From positions 64,001 through 128,000 of the forward strand of contig CAVVLO010000005.1 of NCBI GenBank assembly GCA_963749155.1: a stretch of 64,000 bases of DNA, read 5' to 3'. Positions 52,308-62,044 of the stretch are shown piece after piece. The notes below the pieces were generated by a model. It was given only the letters and a program-made list of their open reading frames with translations. It was not told the DNA's origin and did not search any database. The position numbers were made by a program, and so were the translations under genes. Origin of the DNA: an uncultured Armatimonadia bacterium. GTDB taxonomy: Bacteria > Armatimonadota > Zipacnadia > CAVVLO01. The stretch's first letter is position 1; each line of letters begins with the position of its first letter.

Positions 52308-53267
52308 GTGGCGCATCTGCCCGTAATGCTGGAGGAAGTGCTGGAGTTCTGGCCCGGCCGGCCCGATGGCCTGCTGGTTGATCAGAGCTTCGGTATGGGC
52401 GGGCATACCTTCGCCGCGCTCCAGCGGTTTCCCGAGGCGCGCATCCTTGCTTTCGATGCCGACCCCCAGGCTGTGGCTGAGGGGCGTATCCGCCAGCAGG
52501 CAGAGGGTGTAGGGGAAGACCGGCTCCGGATCGAGCAAGGCTGGGCCGGTAGTCTTACAAGCGACCTCGAGCGACTTGGCGTTGCGCCAGGCAGTGTGTC
52601 AGGCGTGCTTTTTGACACCGGAGTGAGGTCCGAGATGTTCGAGGACGAGGAGCGGGGCCTTTCCTTCCGCAATCCTGATGCTCCTCTCAATATGAAATAC
52701 GATCCAGACAGCGAGGGGCCGACAGCAGCCGACCTGCTGGCGAGCCTCAGCCAGGAAGAGCTGGCCAGGCTGCTTTGGGAATATGGTGGGGACCGGCAAG
52801 CTCGGCGTATAGCAGCAACTATATGCAGCCGACGCGAAGCCGAATACATAGCAACATGTGGACAACTATCCGAACTAGTAATCGCAGCCCATCATCGCAG
52901 CCGAATTCGCAGCATCGACGCCAGGACTCAGGTCTGGCAAGCACTCCGGATGGCAGTAAATGACGAAGCAGGGCAACTGACAGCAGCACTCGACGCAGCC
53001 CATTACGCACTGGAGCCACACGGCAGACTGGTCGTCATCTGCTTTGAATCCACGCTCGACAGAATCGCCAAGAGCTGGATGAGAGCAAAGGCCCAGAAGC
53101 ACGTGCCCTTCCGCCGTGAGCCGGTCCCCACCGCTCCAGACCTGTCACGTCCCGAGCCGGAGATTGAGGTGCTTACACCCAAAGCCCTCAAGCCGACCGA
53201 GGCGGAGGTGCGCGCCAATCCGCGCGCCAGGTCAGCCAAATTGCGTGTCGCCGAGAAGCTGCGCTGA
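52308..53267 (+). CDS. rsmH: 16S rRNA m4C1402 methyltransferase RsmH/MraW, divergent (alternative start 52248)
   Basis: HLPVMLEEV, GMGGH, RGLSFR, QALRMAVNDE, EVRANPRARSAKLRVAEK; position after mraZ. Confidence 0.85.
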   Translation: MAHLPVMLEEVLEFWPGRPDGLLVDQSFGMGGHTFAALQRFPEARILAFDADPQAVAEGRIRQQAEGVGEDRLRIEQGWAGSLTSDLERLGVAPGSVSGVLFDTGVRSEMFEDEERGLSFRNPDAPLNMKYDPDSEGPTAADLLASLSQEELARLLWEYGGDRQARRIAATICSRREAEYIATCGQLSELVIAAHHRSRIRSIDARTQVWQALRMAVNDEAGQLTAALDAAHYALEPHGRLVVICFESTLDRIAKSWMRAKAQKHVPFRREPVPTAPDLSRPEPEIEVLTPKALKPTEAEVRANPRARSAKLRVAEKLR

Positions 53268-53308
53268 GGTTCCCGAGGCTTTCACAGAACGGGCAAGAGG
53301 AACCTGAA

Positions 53309-53728
53309 ATGGTAGAACAAATTACGCAGCCAAGAAGAAGCAGAGAAGGACTAGCTCCTCGCCCCAGGACCGCCTTTCAGCGGCTCCGGCCACTGCTAAG
53401 GACCGCTTTATTGATCTGGGCACTGGGCGCCATCGCCTTCAGCTATACTCTTACTCAGGCGCGCGCTACCCAGTTTGCATACGAACACAAGCAGGAACTG
53501 CGCAAGCTAGTGCGCGCAAGCGCCGAGGTAGCCGATCTCCACCTGAGACTTGCAGAGCGTTACAGCCCGCGTCAGGTGCTTGAAGAAGCGCGTCAGGCAG
53601 GATATGTGCCTGCGCGTCAGGTATTGAGGGTGGAAGTCGCGGAAGCTCTGCTTCCTGGTCAGCCGCAACTGGCTGCCACAGGTTATGCCTCGCGCGGCGG
53701 AGCCGACGCAACTCGTGCAACAGACTGA
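53309..53728 (+). CDS. ftsL: FtsL-like cell division protein
   Basis: Short cytoplasmic N-terminus, one TM, leucine-zipper-like helix; lies between rsmH and the PBP gene. Confidence 0.6.
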   Translation: MVEQITQPRRSREGLAPRPRTAFQRLRPLLRTALLIWALGAIAFSYTLTQARATQFAYEHKQELRKLVRASAEVADLHLRLAERYSPRQVLEEARQAGYVPARQVLRVEVAEALLPGQPQLAATGYASRGGADATRATD

Positions 53729-53830
53729 GGCGCCCAGGGCCGGGCGATGGGTTTCTGACTCCTCGCTTTACTAGCGCCAGCGGCAAGCAGGCTGCCACGG
53801 CCCCGAGCGGGACGGAGGTAGCAACCTAAC

Positions 53831-55642
53831 TTGGTCGACTTCCAGGCAAGCAATCAAATCCAGCGACGCGCCATCGCTTTGGCTATCTTCCTGGTCATAT
53901 TCTATATATTGATGCTGGCCAGACTGATGCTGGTCTGCACGCGTGATCATCAACTCCATCTGGACAGGGCTGCTTCGGTCCATCGTACCCCCAGCACACT
54001 GCCAGTCCCGCGCGGCACCATCTTTGATCGAAATGGCAATCCCCTGGTAAGCAGCGCCTTGTGGTACCGCATTTCTCTGGATACCAAGCGGCTGGAAGGT
54101 GACCCCGCCTGGGCTATTGATATGGCAACGCGCCTGTTTGGCAAGCAACGCTCAGAGGTAAAAGCGGCTATCGAGGCCGGCAAGAGGTTCAACCTGGACT
54201 GGTTTGCCTCTACCGAGCTGAAAGACAAGCTTGTCCGGGAGTATCTAACCAAGTCTGATGGCGACATAGACAGCAAGCGCGATGAGGCCATCAGCAGTAC
54301 CGAATATTATGGGCGCACGTATGGCGATGTACCCCTGGCGCCGCAACTCGTGGGCTTCCTCAATGCCGATGGAGTGCCCCAATCGGGTTTGGAGTTCTCC
54401 TTCGATGAGTTGCTGTCAGGCCGAGCGAATGACAATGCCAATGTAATCGTCACAGCCGATGGCACTCCGCTGCCTGTCGCGGGCGGTTCACCCGAGCTGC
54501 TCGAACCAGGGCAGGCGCTTATGCTCACCCTCGATGGCCGCCTGCAACAGCTTGCCCAGGACGCAATCGCCCAGGCGGCATCAAGTGTTGATGCCGATTT
54601 CGGCCTTGTGCTGGTAGGAGATCCTCGCACAGGCGAGTTGCTTGCCTGGGCGCAGTGGCCCAGCTTTGATCCACGTGACCGCTCCACGATGATCGATCGC
54701 GACCACCTGGACGATAGTCTTGATCCACGCAAAGTCAGTCCCTTGCTTAATTACGCCATAAACTGGAGCTGGGAGCCTGGCAGTTTTATAAAGCCAATTA
54801 CTATCGCATCTGCCTTGGAAGAAGGCACAATAACATCAAATACACCTTTATATTGCTCTGGGCGCTGGTCGCCCGATGGGGTTAGCCACGTAAGCTGTTA
54901 TCACTATAAAGTCCACGGGGGGCAGACCCCGACCGAGGTCATCGCCAACTCCTGCAATATTGGGGCCGCCCAGGTTGCAGCCAAACTTGGAGGCAGAGCC
55001 ATTACAACCTGGTTTCGCCGCTTTGGTCTCGACCAGGCGCCTGCAATGGATGCGGGGAAGGGGCTCGCCGGACTGGTAGGCAACCCCGAGCGGATGTATC
55101 CCCTCGATGTGGCTACGTTGGGCTTCGGCCAGGGGCAGGTGCGCACTACCCCGATGCAGCTTTTTGGCGCCCTCTCGAGTCTTGCAAATGGCGGCTCGCT
55201 TATGCAGCCCTATGTCGTCGGGGCGGTGCTCTCGCCCGAAGGCAAAGTTATGAAGCGCTTCGAGCCCGTGAAGCGCGCTCAGACTGTCTCCCCGGCGACT
55301 GCCAACACAGTGCTGGCAATGATGCGCAAAACGGTCACCAGTGGCACTGCCAGCAATATGAATCTGCCAGGCCTTGAGATCTGCGGCAAGACCTCAACCG
55401 CGGAAGTATCACTGCCCGGCAAAGGCTATCTCAACGACGCTTTTCACAGAGTGGTTGGCTTCTTCGGAGTACTGCCGCTCAGTAATCCTCAGCTTGCGGT
55501 TATGATAGTGATTAAGTATCCTAAGGACACTGATCCGTCGGGCTCGAAGCTGGCAGGGCCCGTCTTCAAGGAGCTTGCGCAACAGGCTGTGCGCTACTTG
55601 CGTATCTCCCCCGCCGGCTCCGGCGAAGCAGGCCGATCCTAG
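53831..55642 (+). CDS. ftsI: Class B penicillin-binding protein (FtsI/SpoVD-like)
   Basis: RGTIFDRNG, GLEFSFD, LTLD, TGELLA, EPGSFIKP (SxxK), SCN (SxN), GKTSTAE. Confidence 0.85.
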   Translation: MVDFQASNQIQRRAIALAIFLVIFYILMLARLMLVCTRDHQLHLDRAASVHRTPSTLPVPRGTIFDRNGNPLVSSALWYRISLDTKRLEGDPAWAIDMATRLFGKQRSEVKAAIEAGKRFNLDWFASTELKDKLVREYLTKSDGDIDSKRDEAISSTEYYGRTYGDVPLAPQLVGFLNADGVPQSGLEFSFDELLSGRANDNANVIVTADGTPLPVAGGSPELLEPGQALMLTLDGRLQQLAQDAIAQAASSVDADFGLVLVGDPRTGELLAWAQWPSFDPRDRSTMIDRDHLDDSLDPRKVSPLLNYAINWSWEPGSFIKPITIASALEEGTITSNTPLYCSGRWSPDGVSHVSCYHYKVHGGQTPTEVIANSCNIGAAQVAAKLGGRAITTWFRRFGLDQAPAMDAGKGLAGLVGNPERMYPLDVATLGFGQGQVRTTPMQLFGALSSLANGGSLMQPYVVGAVLSPEGKVMKRFEPVKRAQTVSPATANTVLAMMRKTVTSGTASNMNLPGLEICGKTSTAEVSLPGKGYLNDAFHRVVGFFGVLPLSNPQLAVMIVIKYPKDTDPSGSKLAGPVFKELAQQAVRYLRISPAGSGEAGRS

Positions 55643-57138
55643 TGACCACACTCTCTCGCACAGTTGAATATCTGGCTCGGGTCTGCGGGGCTCGTTTGCT
55701 TGGCGCAAGGCAGGCCGAGGTGACGGCTATCACCCACGACTCCCGCACTGCCGGTCCTGGAGCCCTCTTTGCGGCGCTCAGGGGCGAGACCACTGACGGC
55801 CATAAATATATCGAGACTGCTCTTGCAAGTGTCGCTACGGCTGTGCTCGCGGAGGAGCTACCTGAGGGGTTTGTTTTGCCCGAGGGGCGCTCTCTGCTGC
55901 TTGTAGAGGATTCGCGTGAGGCGCTGGCTCAGGTGGCAGCGGCCTTCTACGGCTATCCCGCCTCCCAGGTCACTCTGGTCGGACTTACCGGCACCAACGG
56001 CAAGACCACAAGTACCTATATTGTCCAGTCCATCGCCAAAGCGGCAGGCCTGCTGGCCGGACGCATCGGCACCCTGGGCGCAGAAGGCCCTGGAGGGCAG
56101 CTTTATAAAGGGCTGACGACTCCCGAGATAGACGATCTGCAGCGTTTGCTCTGGCAGATTGGCGAGCAAGGCGCCCGGCTAGTGGCGATGGAAGTCTCAG
56201 CCCATGCAAGCGCGCGCCGCCGCATTGCCGCAGTGGCCTACGATGCGCTGGTCTTTACCAACCTGACCCAGGATCACCTGGACTATTTCGGTACGATGGA
56301 AGCTTACGGGCAGGCCAAGCGCGAATTATTCACCAATCCCGAATATCATAAGCCCGGATTTGTGCCAGTCCTCAACCTGGACGATCCCTTTGGCGCCAGT
56401 CTGGCCAAGGAACTCGAACCGGGCGCGGTCACTTATTCTCTCGAGGAGCAGTGGGCCGATTACCTGCTTGAAGAAGCCAGGCCAGTTGGCAAGGGCGCCG
56501 AGGCAACTTTCATACTGAGAGGGGGCGAGCGACTCACTGCCCTCGTGCCTTTGTTTGGGCGCTTCAACCTCTATAATGCGACAGGCGCCGTGGCTGTCTG
56601 TCATTCACTTGGGATGTCCCCTGAAGCCATCGCGGCCGGGCTTGCGGCAACCCCGCAAGTGCCTGGTCGGATGGAACGGGTGGGAGAGCGCCCTGCAGTG
56701 CTAGTAGATTACGCTCATACTGAAGATGGCCTGAGGCAGGTCCTTACCGCGGTAAAGGGCTCCACTCCTGGTCGTTTGATAGTCGTGTTCGGTTGCGGGG
56801 GAGACCGGGACCGCACCAAAAGGCCGAAGATGGGCGCTGTTGCCTCCGAGCTGGCCGACCTGGCTGTGGTTACCTCGGACAATCCGCGCAGTGAAGTGCC
56901 TGAAGCCATCGTGGAAGAAATCAAGACTGGGATGGACCTTTCTCGCACGGTGACCCAGGTCGACAGGCGCCAGGCAATTTTCGAAGCGCTTGCAAGGGCC
57001 CATCCTGAGGATGTCGTGGTCATCGCAGGCAAAGGCCATGAGGAAGGGCAGATTTTCAAAGACAAGACAGTGCCTTTTGACGACCGAGAGGTCGCGCGCG
57101 AGGCGCTAGCTACTCTCAAGGGAGAACTGCAGGAATGA
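55642..57138 (+). CDS. murE: UDP-MurNAc-tripeptide synthetase (meso-DAP type)
   Basis: TGTNGKTT, TTPE, MEVSAH, TNLTQDHLD, VPGRME, DYAHT, FGCGGDRD, SDNPR, AGKGHE. Confidence 0.95.
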   Translation: MTTLSRTVEYLARVCGARLLGARQAEVTAITHDSRTAGPGALFAALRGETTDGHKYIETALASVATAVLAEELPEGFVLPEGRSLLLVEDSREALAQVAAAFYGYPASQVTLVGLTGTNGKTTSTYIVQSIAKAAGLLAGRIGTLGAEGPGGQLYKGLTTPEIDDLQRLLWQIGEQGARLVAMEVSAHASARRRIAAVAYDALVFTNLTQDHLDYFGTMEAYGQAKRELFTNPEYHKPGFVPVLNLDDPFGASLAKELEPGAVTYSLEEQWADYLLEEARPVGKGAEATFILRGGERLTALVPLFGRFNLYNATGAVAVCHSLGMSPEAIAAGLAATPQVPGRMERVGERPAVLVDYAHTEDGLRQVLTAVKGSTPGRLIVVFGCGGDRDRTKRPKMGAVASELADLAVVTSDNPRSEVPEAIVEEIKTGMDLSRTVTQVDRRQAIFEALARAHPEDVVVIAGKGHEEGQIFKDKTVPFDDREVAREALATLKGELQE

Positions 57139-58517
57139 AGAGCGTAAACGCGCAATGGGTGGTCAGGGCAACTGGAGGTAAACTCCTCAAAGGCCGGCCT
57201 GAGCTGGAATTTCCTGGTTTCTCTACCGACACCCGCGCTTTGAAGACTGGAGAACTTTTCCTTGCGCTGAAGGGCGAACAGCTTGATGGGCATAACTACC
57301 TGAGCCAGGCGAAAGAGGCGGGCGCCGGTGGCGTTGTTGTCTCTGAGCGCCTCGAAGAAGCCCTGGAACTCTTCGACTTCGTCCTGAAGGTGGACGATAC
57401 TTTGATGGCCTGGTGTGGTATCGGCCGGCTGGCCTTCCGCGATCGGCCCGTCAAAGTCGTTGCGGTCACTGGCAGCACAGGGAAGACCACCACCAAAGGC
57501 CTTATCGCCCAGTTGCTTGGGGGACGATTCAAGGTCCATAAATCACCGGCCAGCTTCAACAATGAAGTCGGCATCCCGCTGACAGTGCTTTCAATGCCCG
57601 AAGACACCGAGGTCGCGGTGCTGGAATATGGCACGCGCAATCCTGGCGATATCGCGCTGCTTTGTGAGATTGCCGAACCGAGCATCGCAGTCATCACCAA
57701 TGTCCAGGAGTCCCATCTAGGTCGCTTCGGCACCAGAGATGCGCTCTTTGATGCCAAAGCCGAACTGGTCGACCATATGGAGACCAACGGCACAGCCATC
57801 CTGAACGCCGATGAACGCTGGTTCAAACGACTCAGAGGGCGTGTCCGGGGCCAGGTACTCAGCTTCGGCAGGTCGCTGCTTGCGGAAGTCTCGGCTACGA
57901 GAGTAAGGGCCAATGGAGAGGGATTGCAATTCAGGATCCTTTATCATGAGCGTTCGGTAGAGGTAAGCCTTCCACTGCTTGGTGCGCACAACGTTTATAA
58001 CGCGCTCGCTGCGACGGCCGTTGGGCTTGCAATGGGATTGGAGTTGCCCGAACTCGCAGAGCGTTTCGCGGCTTTCCAGCCTGAAGGCAAGCGCCTGACC
58101 CGGCTGCTTGGGCAAGCAGGCCAGGTCGTGCTGGATGATAGCTATAACGCCAGTCCCGCCTCGGTAAGAGCCGCTCTTGAGGTCTTGGGCCAGCTTGATA
58201 CCGCAGGCCGGCGCATCGCTGTGCTGGGCGATATGCTCGAACTTGGCCCTGAGGAAGCTCTCCTGCACCAGGAGGTGGGCGGTCACATGATCGAGCAGCC
58301 TCTCGATTTACTGATTACGGTGGGAGAGCTGGCGGCCAGATTCGCCGAAGGCGCGGTCACCGCGGGCTTCCCTGAGGATTCCGTAGTTAACTATCCCTCG
58401 ATGGCGGAAGCCCTGATTGGCGTGCCGGACTTGCTCCATCCAGGAGATCTCGTGCTGGTGAAAGGCTCGCGCGCGGTGGGCCTCGAACGGCTGGTGGAGC
58501 TGCTTGTAAATGGTTAA
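57135..58517 (+). CDS. murF: UDP-MurNAc-pentapeptide synthetase
   Basis: TGSTGKTTTK, FNNEVGIPLT, DDSYNASP, GDMLELG, VKGSR. Confidence 0.95.
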   Translation: MKSVNAQWVVRATGGKLLKGRPELEFPGFSTDTRALKTGELFLALKGEQLDGHNYLSQAKEAGAGGVVVSERLEEALELFDFVLKVDDTLMAWCGIGRLAFRDRPVKVVAVTGSTGKTTTKGLIAQLLGGRFKVHKSPASFNNEVGIPLTVLSMPEDTEVAVLEYGTRNPGDIALLCEIAEPSIAVITNVQESHLGRFGTRDALFDAKAELVDHMETNGTAILNADERWFKRLRGRVRGQVLSFGRSLLAEVSATRVRANGEGLQFRILYHERSVEVSLPLLGAHNVYNALAATAVGLAMGLELPELAERFAAFQPEGKRLTRLLGQAGQVVLDDSYNASPASVRAALEVLGQLDTAGRRIAVLGDMLELGPEEALLHQEVGGHMIEQPLDLLITVGELAARFAEGAVTAGFPEDSVVNYPSMAEALIGVPDLLHPGDLVLVKGSRAVGLERLVELLVNG

Positions 58518-59481
58518 TCTGCTGCTGACAGGCCTTACAAGTCTCGTGCTCGCCTGGGTTCTTGGTTATCTGCTTGTGCCCCTGCTGGCAAAACGGGGGG
58601 GCAAATCGGTCGAGCGTGAAGAGCTGGAGGAGGCGAATCAGGCCAAAGTTGGCACTCCCACGATGGGCGGTCTGATACTTATTGGCGCTGCCGTCATCGC
58701 AGCTCTTGCCTGGACCAAACTCAGCCCTGAGGCCCTGCTGATAACTGGCGCGCTGGTTGGCTTTGGCCTTATTGGTTTTGTTGATGACCTGCTACGTGGC
58801 AGGGGAGGCAAACACCTTGGCCTGAAGGCGCGCTACAAACTGGTCCTGCAACTCGTGCTGGGCGCGCTGCTGTCCTGGGTCGCCTGGCGCCTCTGGCCAG
58901 AACAATCTACTTTGTTGCTGGTCTCTGTCTCGGGCGGTCAGATCGCCCTGGACTGGCTGGCCTTGCCGCTTGGGATATTCCTCTATGTTGGCTTCAGCAA
59001 CGCGGTCAACCTGACCGATGGGCTGGATGGCCTGGCCTCGAGTACAGTCGCTATCACAGCCCTGGCAGGGGCGGCAATCGCTTTCACCCAGGGGCTGGAC
59101 GCCTGGGTTATACCGCTTGTTGCCATCGCGGGCGCCTGTATCGGCTTTCTCTGGTTCAATGCTTTCCCAGCGCGCATTTTTATGGGCGACACCGGCTCGC
59201 TTGCCCTGGGGGGAGCTCTCGCGGCCGCCTTTTTCAGCACTGGCAACACCTTGCTTCTGATACCGGCAGGCCTGGTGTTCGTGCTGGAGACCCTCTCGGT
59301 CATCCTCCAGGTGGGGTATTTCAAGGCCACCAAAGGCAAACGCATATTCAGGATGGCCCCTTTGCACCATCATTTCCGACTGGGCGGGTGGAGTGAAATC
59401 CAGACAGTCGTCAGGTTTGGGATCTGGCAGCTGCTTGGGGCTGGGCTGGCGCTGCTGCTAATACTTGCGGGGGCGAAATAA
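58510..59481 (+). CDS. mraY: Phospho-MurNAc-pentapeptide transferase
   Basis: GTPTMGG, GFVDD, NAVNLTDGLDGLA, FMGDTGSLALG, RMAPLHHHF. Confidence 0.96.
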   Translation: MVNLLLTGLTSLVLAWVLGYLLVPLLAKRGGKSVEREELEEANQAKVGTPTMGGLILIGAAVIAALAWTKLSPEALLITGALVGFGLIGFVDDLLRGRGGKHLGLKARYKLVLQLVLGALLSWVAWRLWPEQSTLLLVSVSGGQIALDWLALPLGIFLYVGFSNAVNLTDGLDGLASSTVAITALAGAAIAFTQGLDAWVIPLVAIAGACIGFLWFNAFPARIFMGDTGSLALGGALAAAFFSTGNTLLLIPAGLVFVLETLSVILQVGYFKATKGKRIFRMAPLHHHFRLGGWSEIQTVVRFGIWQLLGAGLALLLILAGAK

Positions 59482-59486
59482 GGGAC

Positions 59487-60875
59487 TTGCAGAGAGAATC
59501 TTTCGCGGGAAAACAACTGGCGATACTTGGACTTGGCAGGACAGGCCTGGCCTCGCTGCGTGTGCTTGCCAGGCTGGGAGCGCGCCTGATAGCGGTAGAC
59601 GAGAAACCTGCCGAAGCCTTCGGCGAAGAGCTGCCGGACCTTATCGCCCTGACCGAACGCCTCGAGTTTGGCCCTGGCGCCCTGGAGCGAGTCGGCGAGC
59701 CAGACCAGGTCATCATCAGCCCAGGTATCTCGGTAACCAGGCCCGAAATAGTTGCACTGAAAAGGCGCGGTATCCCTGTTGATTCGGAGCTGGAATTAGC
59801 CTGGTCGCTTGCCAAAGCGCCTTTCCTCGCGGTTACCGGAACAAATGGCAAGTCGACCACTGTAACCCTTGCGCACCTTTGCCTCGAGGCAAGCGGGATC
59901 CAATCGCGCCTGGCGGGCAATATCGGCAAGGCTGTAATCGAAGACGCTTTCGAGGCCGCCGAAGAGGAAGTGCTTGTCACGGAGGTCAGCAATTACCAGC
60001 TCGAGGCAACCACTCACTTCAGGCCGCGTTGGGCTGCTCTGCTCAATTTGCAAGGTGATCATGCCGAAAGGCAGACTTTTGATGAATACATCGCCGCGAA
60101 GGCGCGACTTTTCGCAAGCCAGTCACCTGAAGATTTGGCTGTGCTCTTCTGGGACGACCCAAAGGTACGAGCTTTGGCCCCAGCCATCAAGTCCCAGATT
60201 GCGTGGTTTTCTGTTACTGAGCAGCTCCAGGCGCCTGGCGCCTGGCTGGAAGGCGACACTCTGACAGTTGATTTGGGCAAAGGGCCAGTGGCCCTGCTGG
60301 ACCGGTCCGAGCTTCGTCTCTTTGGCGCTCATAACGTGGCCAACGCGCTTGCTGCAGCGCTGCTCTCTTGCTCTGCGGGGGCCACTCTGGAAGGCGTACG
60401 GGCAACCTTGTCGAGTTTCACCGGACTAGATTTCGCCCTCAGGCTGTCGGCTACCGTGAGAGGGCGCCGGTTTATAAACGACAGCAAAGGCACCAACCCA
60501 CCAAGTACGCTTGCGGCACTTTCAGCTTTTACCGAACCGCTCGTGGTGATCGCAGGGGGGCTGGGGAAAGGGGCTGATTTCACCGAACTCGGCCGAGTGC
60601 TGGCAGCGAAGGCGCGCGCGCTGGTCGTCATCGGCCAGGACGGTCCAGCTATCGCCGAAGCGGCTTGCGCAGCTGGACTGGCGGTTTGGGAAAGCGCAAC
60701 CAGCCTGGAAGAAGCGGTAGAACGCGCCTATGCCTTATCGCAGCCAGGTGACACGGTGTTGCTGTCGCCCGCTTGCGCAAGCCAGGATATGTTTCGAGAT
60801 TACAAGCAGCGCGGCGAGTTGTTCGATAAGTGTGTAGCCGCCCTTGCCAGTCGAGAAGAGAAGGAGGCTGGCTGA
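59487..60875 (+). CDS. murD: UDP-MurNAc-L-Ala:D-Glu ligase
   Basis: SPGI, VTGTNGKSTT, GNIG, EVSNYQL, NDSKGTN, LLSPACASQDMFRDYKQRG. Confidence 0.93.
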   Translation: MQRESFAGKQLAILGLGRTGLASLRVLARLGARLIAVDEKPAEAFGEELPDLIALTERLEFGPGALERVGEPDQVIISPGISVTRPEIVALKRRGIPVDSELELAWSLAKAPFLAVTGTNGKSTTVTLAHLCLEASGIQSRLAGNIGKAVIEDAFEAAEEEVLVTEVSNYQLEATTHFRPRWAALLNLQGDHAERQTFDEYIAAKARLFASQSPEDLAVLFWDDPKVRALAPAIKSQIAWFSVTEQLQAPGAWLEGDTLTVDLGKGPVALLDRSELRLFGAHNVANALAAALLSCSAGATLEGVRATLSSFTGLDFALRLSATVRGRRFINDSKGTNPPSTLAALSAFTEPLVVIAGGLGKGADFTELGRVLAAKARALVVIGQDGPAIAEAACAAGLAVWESATSLEEAVERAYALSQPGDTVLLSPACASQDMFRDYKQRGELFDKCVAALASREEKEAG

Positions 60876-62044
60876 TGACAAGAATTGCCGATCCGCTGGG
60901 GCATGATCTTGCGTCAGACGATGTGCGCGCAACGCCACTGGTCGATCGCTGGCTTTTCCTTGCCATCAATGTGCTCTTGGTCGCGGGGCTGCTTGTGCTA
61001 TTCAGCGCGACCTATCCAAAAGACGCCCGACCCTCAGGCTCAGAGAAACTAGTCGGCGACGCAACTGCCACCTTCACCAAGCAACTGATGATTTCGGGAG
61101 TCGGCTATCTGCTGATGCTGGGGCTTATGCTCCTTCGCCCCGAATGGTTGAAAAAAATCGCAATACCGTTGTTCGGTGTGTCTCTCTTCTTGCTGGTGCT
61201 TGTGCTGTTTCTGCATCCTGAACAAGACTTCCATCGCTGGATAAAGCTGACGACAAGCATCACTTTTCAGCCCTCGGAGCTTGCCAAGTTCAGCCTGATT
61301 TTGCTGCTGGCTACCCTGGTCGCTGCCAGGCCAGAGCTGCTGCGCCACGGGAAAGGCTACCTGGGAGTATTGCTGGGATTGGTGTTGCTTCCTGCGTTGC
61401 TGGTTGCAGTTGAGACCGACCTCGGCACTGCCATGGTGATCATTATAGGGGGGATTGCGACTCTGGCGCTTGGCAGAGCGCGCCTGGCCTATGTGCTAGT
61501 GACAATCGTTTTTCTCGGTACGATTTTCGTCGGCGCCGCAATGTACCGACCAGCCTGGGGAGAACGCATCTGGAGCATAGTCCATTATGCCGATGATGGG
61601 GTGCGCAACGATGAAGGCCTCCAGCTTTACCAGAGTCTGATTGCAGTTGGCAGTGGCGGGCTGACAGGACGTGGTTATTGCAACAGCCTTCAAAAATATG
61701 GCTATCTGCCAATGGCTGAAAACGATTTCATTTTGGCAATTGTGGCCGAAGAGACCGGCGCTCTGGGCGCGGGCGCCTTGCTTGGGCTGATTGGTTTTAT
61801 CTCCATATATGGACTATATAAGGCCTCGCGACTCGATGATCCTTTCCGGCAACTGCTCGCAGGGGGAGTCTGCCTGGTGATAGGCTTCCAGGCCGCAATC
61901 AACGCAGGTGTCATTCTGGGTGTGCTGCCCACGACTGGCGTGCCCTTCCCCTTTGTCAGCGCTGGTGGTTCTGCCAGGCTGGTCTATCTGGCGGCGTTTG
62001 GCATAATGCTGTCGGCTCTCAGAGAAGAGGAGCAGACCGGATGA
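60875..62044 (+). CDS. ftsW: SEDS peptidoglycan glycosyltransferase FtsW
   Basis: RWI, FQPSELAK, DLGT, QSLIAVGSGG, YLPMAENDFI, PTTGVPFPFVSAGGS. Confidence 0.9.
   Translation: MTRIADPLGHDLASDDVRATPLVDRWLFLAINVLLVAGLLVLFSATYPKDARPSGSEKLVGDATATFTKQLMISGVGYLLMLGLMLLRPEWLKKIAIPLFGVSLFLLVLVLFLHPEQDFHRWIKLTTSITFQPSELAKFSLILLLATLVAARPELLRHGKGYLGVLLGLVLLPALLVAVETDLGTAMVIIIGGIATLALGRARLAYVLVTIVFLGTIFVGAAMYRPAWGERIWSIVHYADDGVRNDEGLQLYQSLIAVGSGGLTGRGYCNSLQKYGYLPMAENDFILAIVAEETGALGAGALLGLIGFISIYGLYKASRLDDPFRQLLAGGVCLVIGFQAAINAGVILGVLPTTGVPFPFVSAGGSARLVYLAAFGIMLSALREEEQTG

Noticed and set aside
52809..53087. A-rich tract as a diversity-generating retroelement template
   Set aside because: No second copy and no reverse transcriptase in the window.
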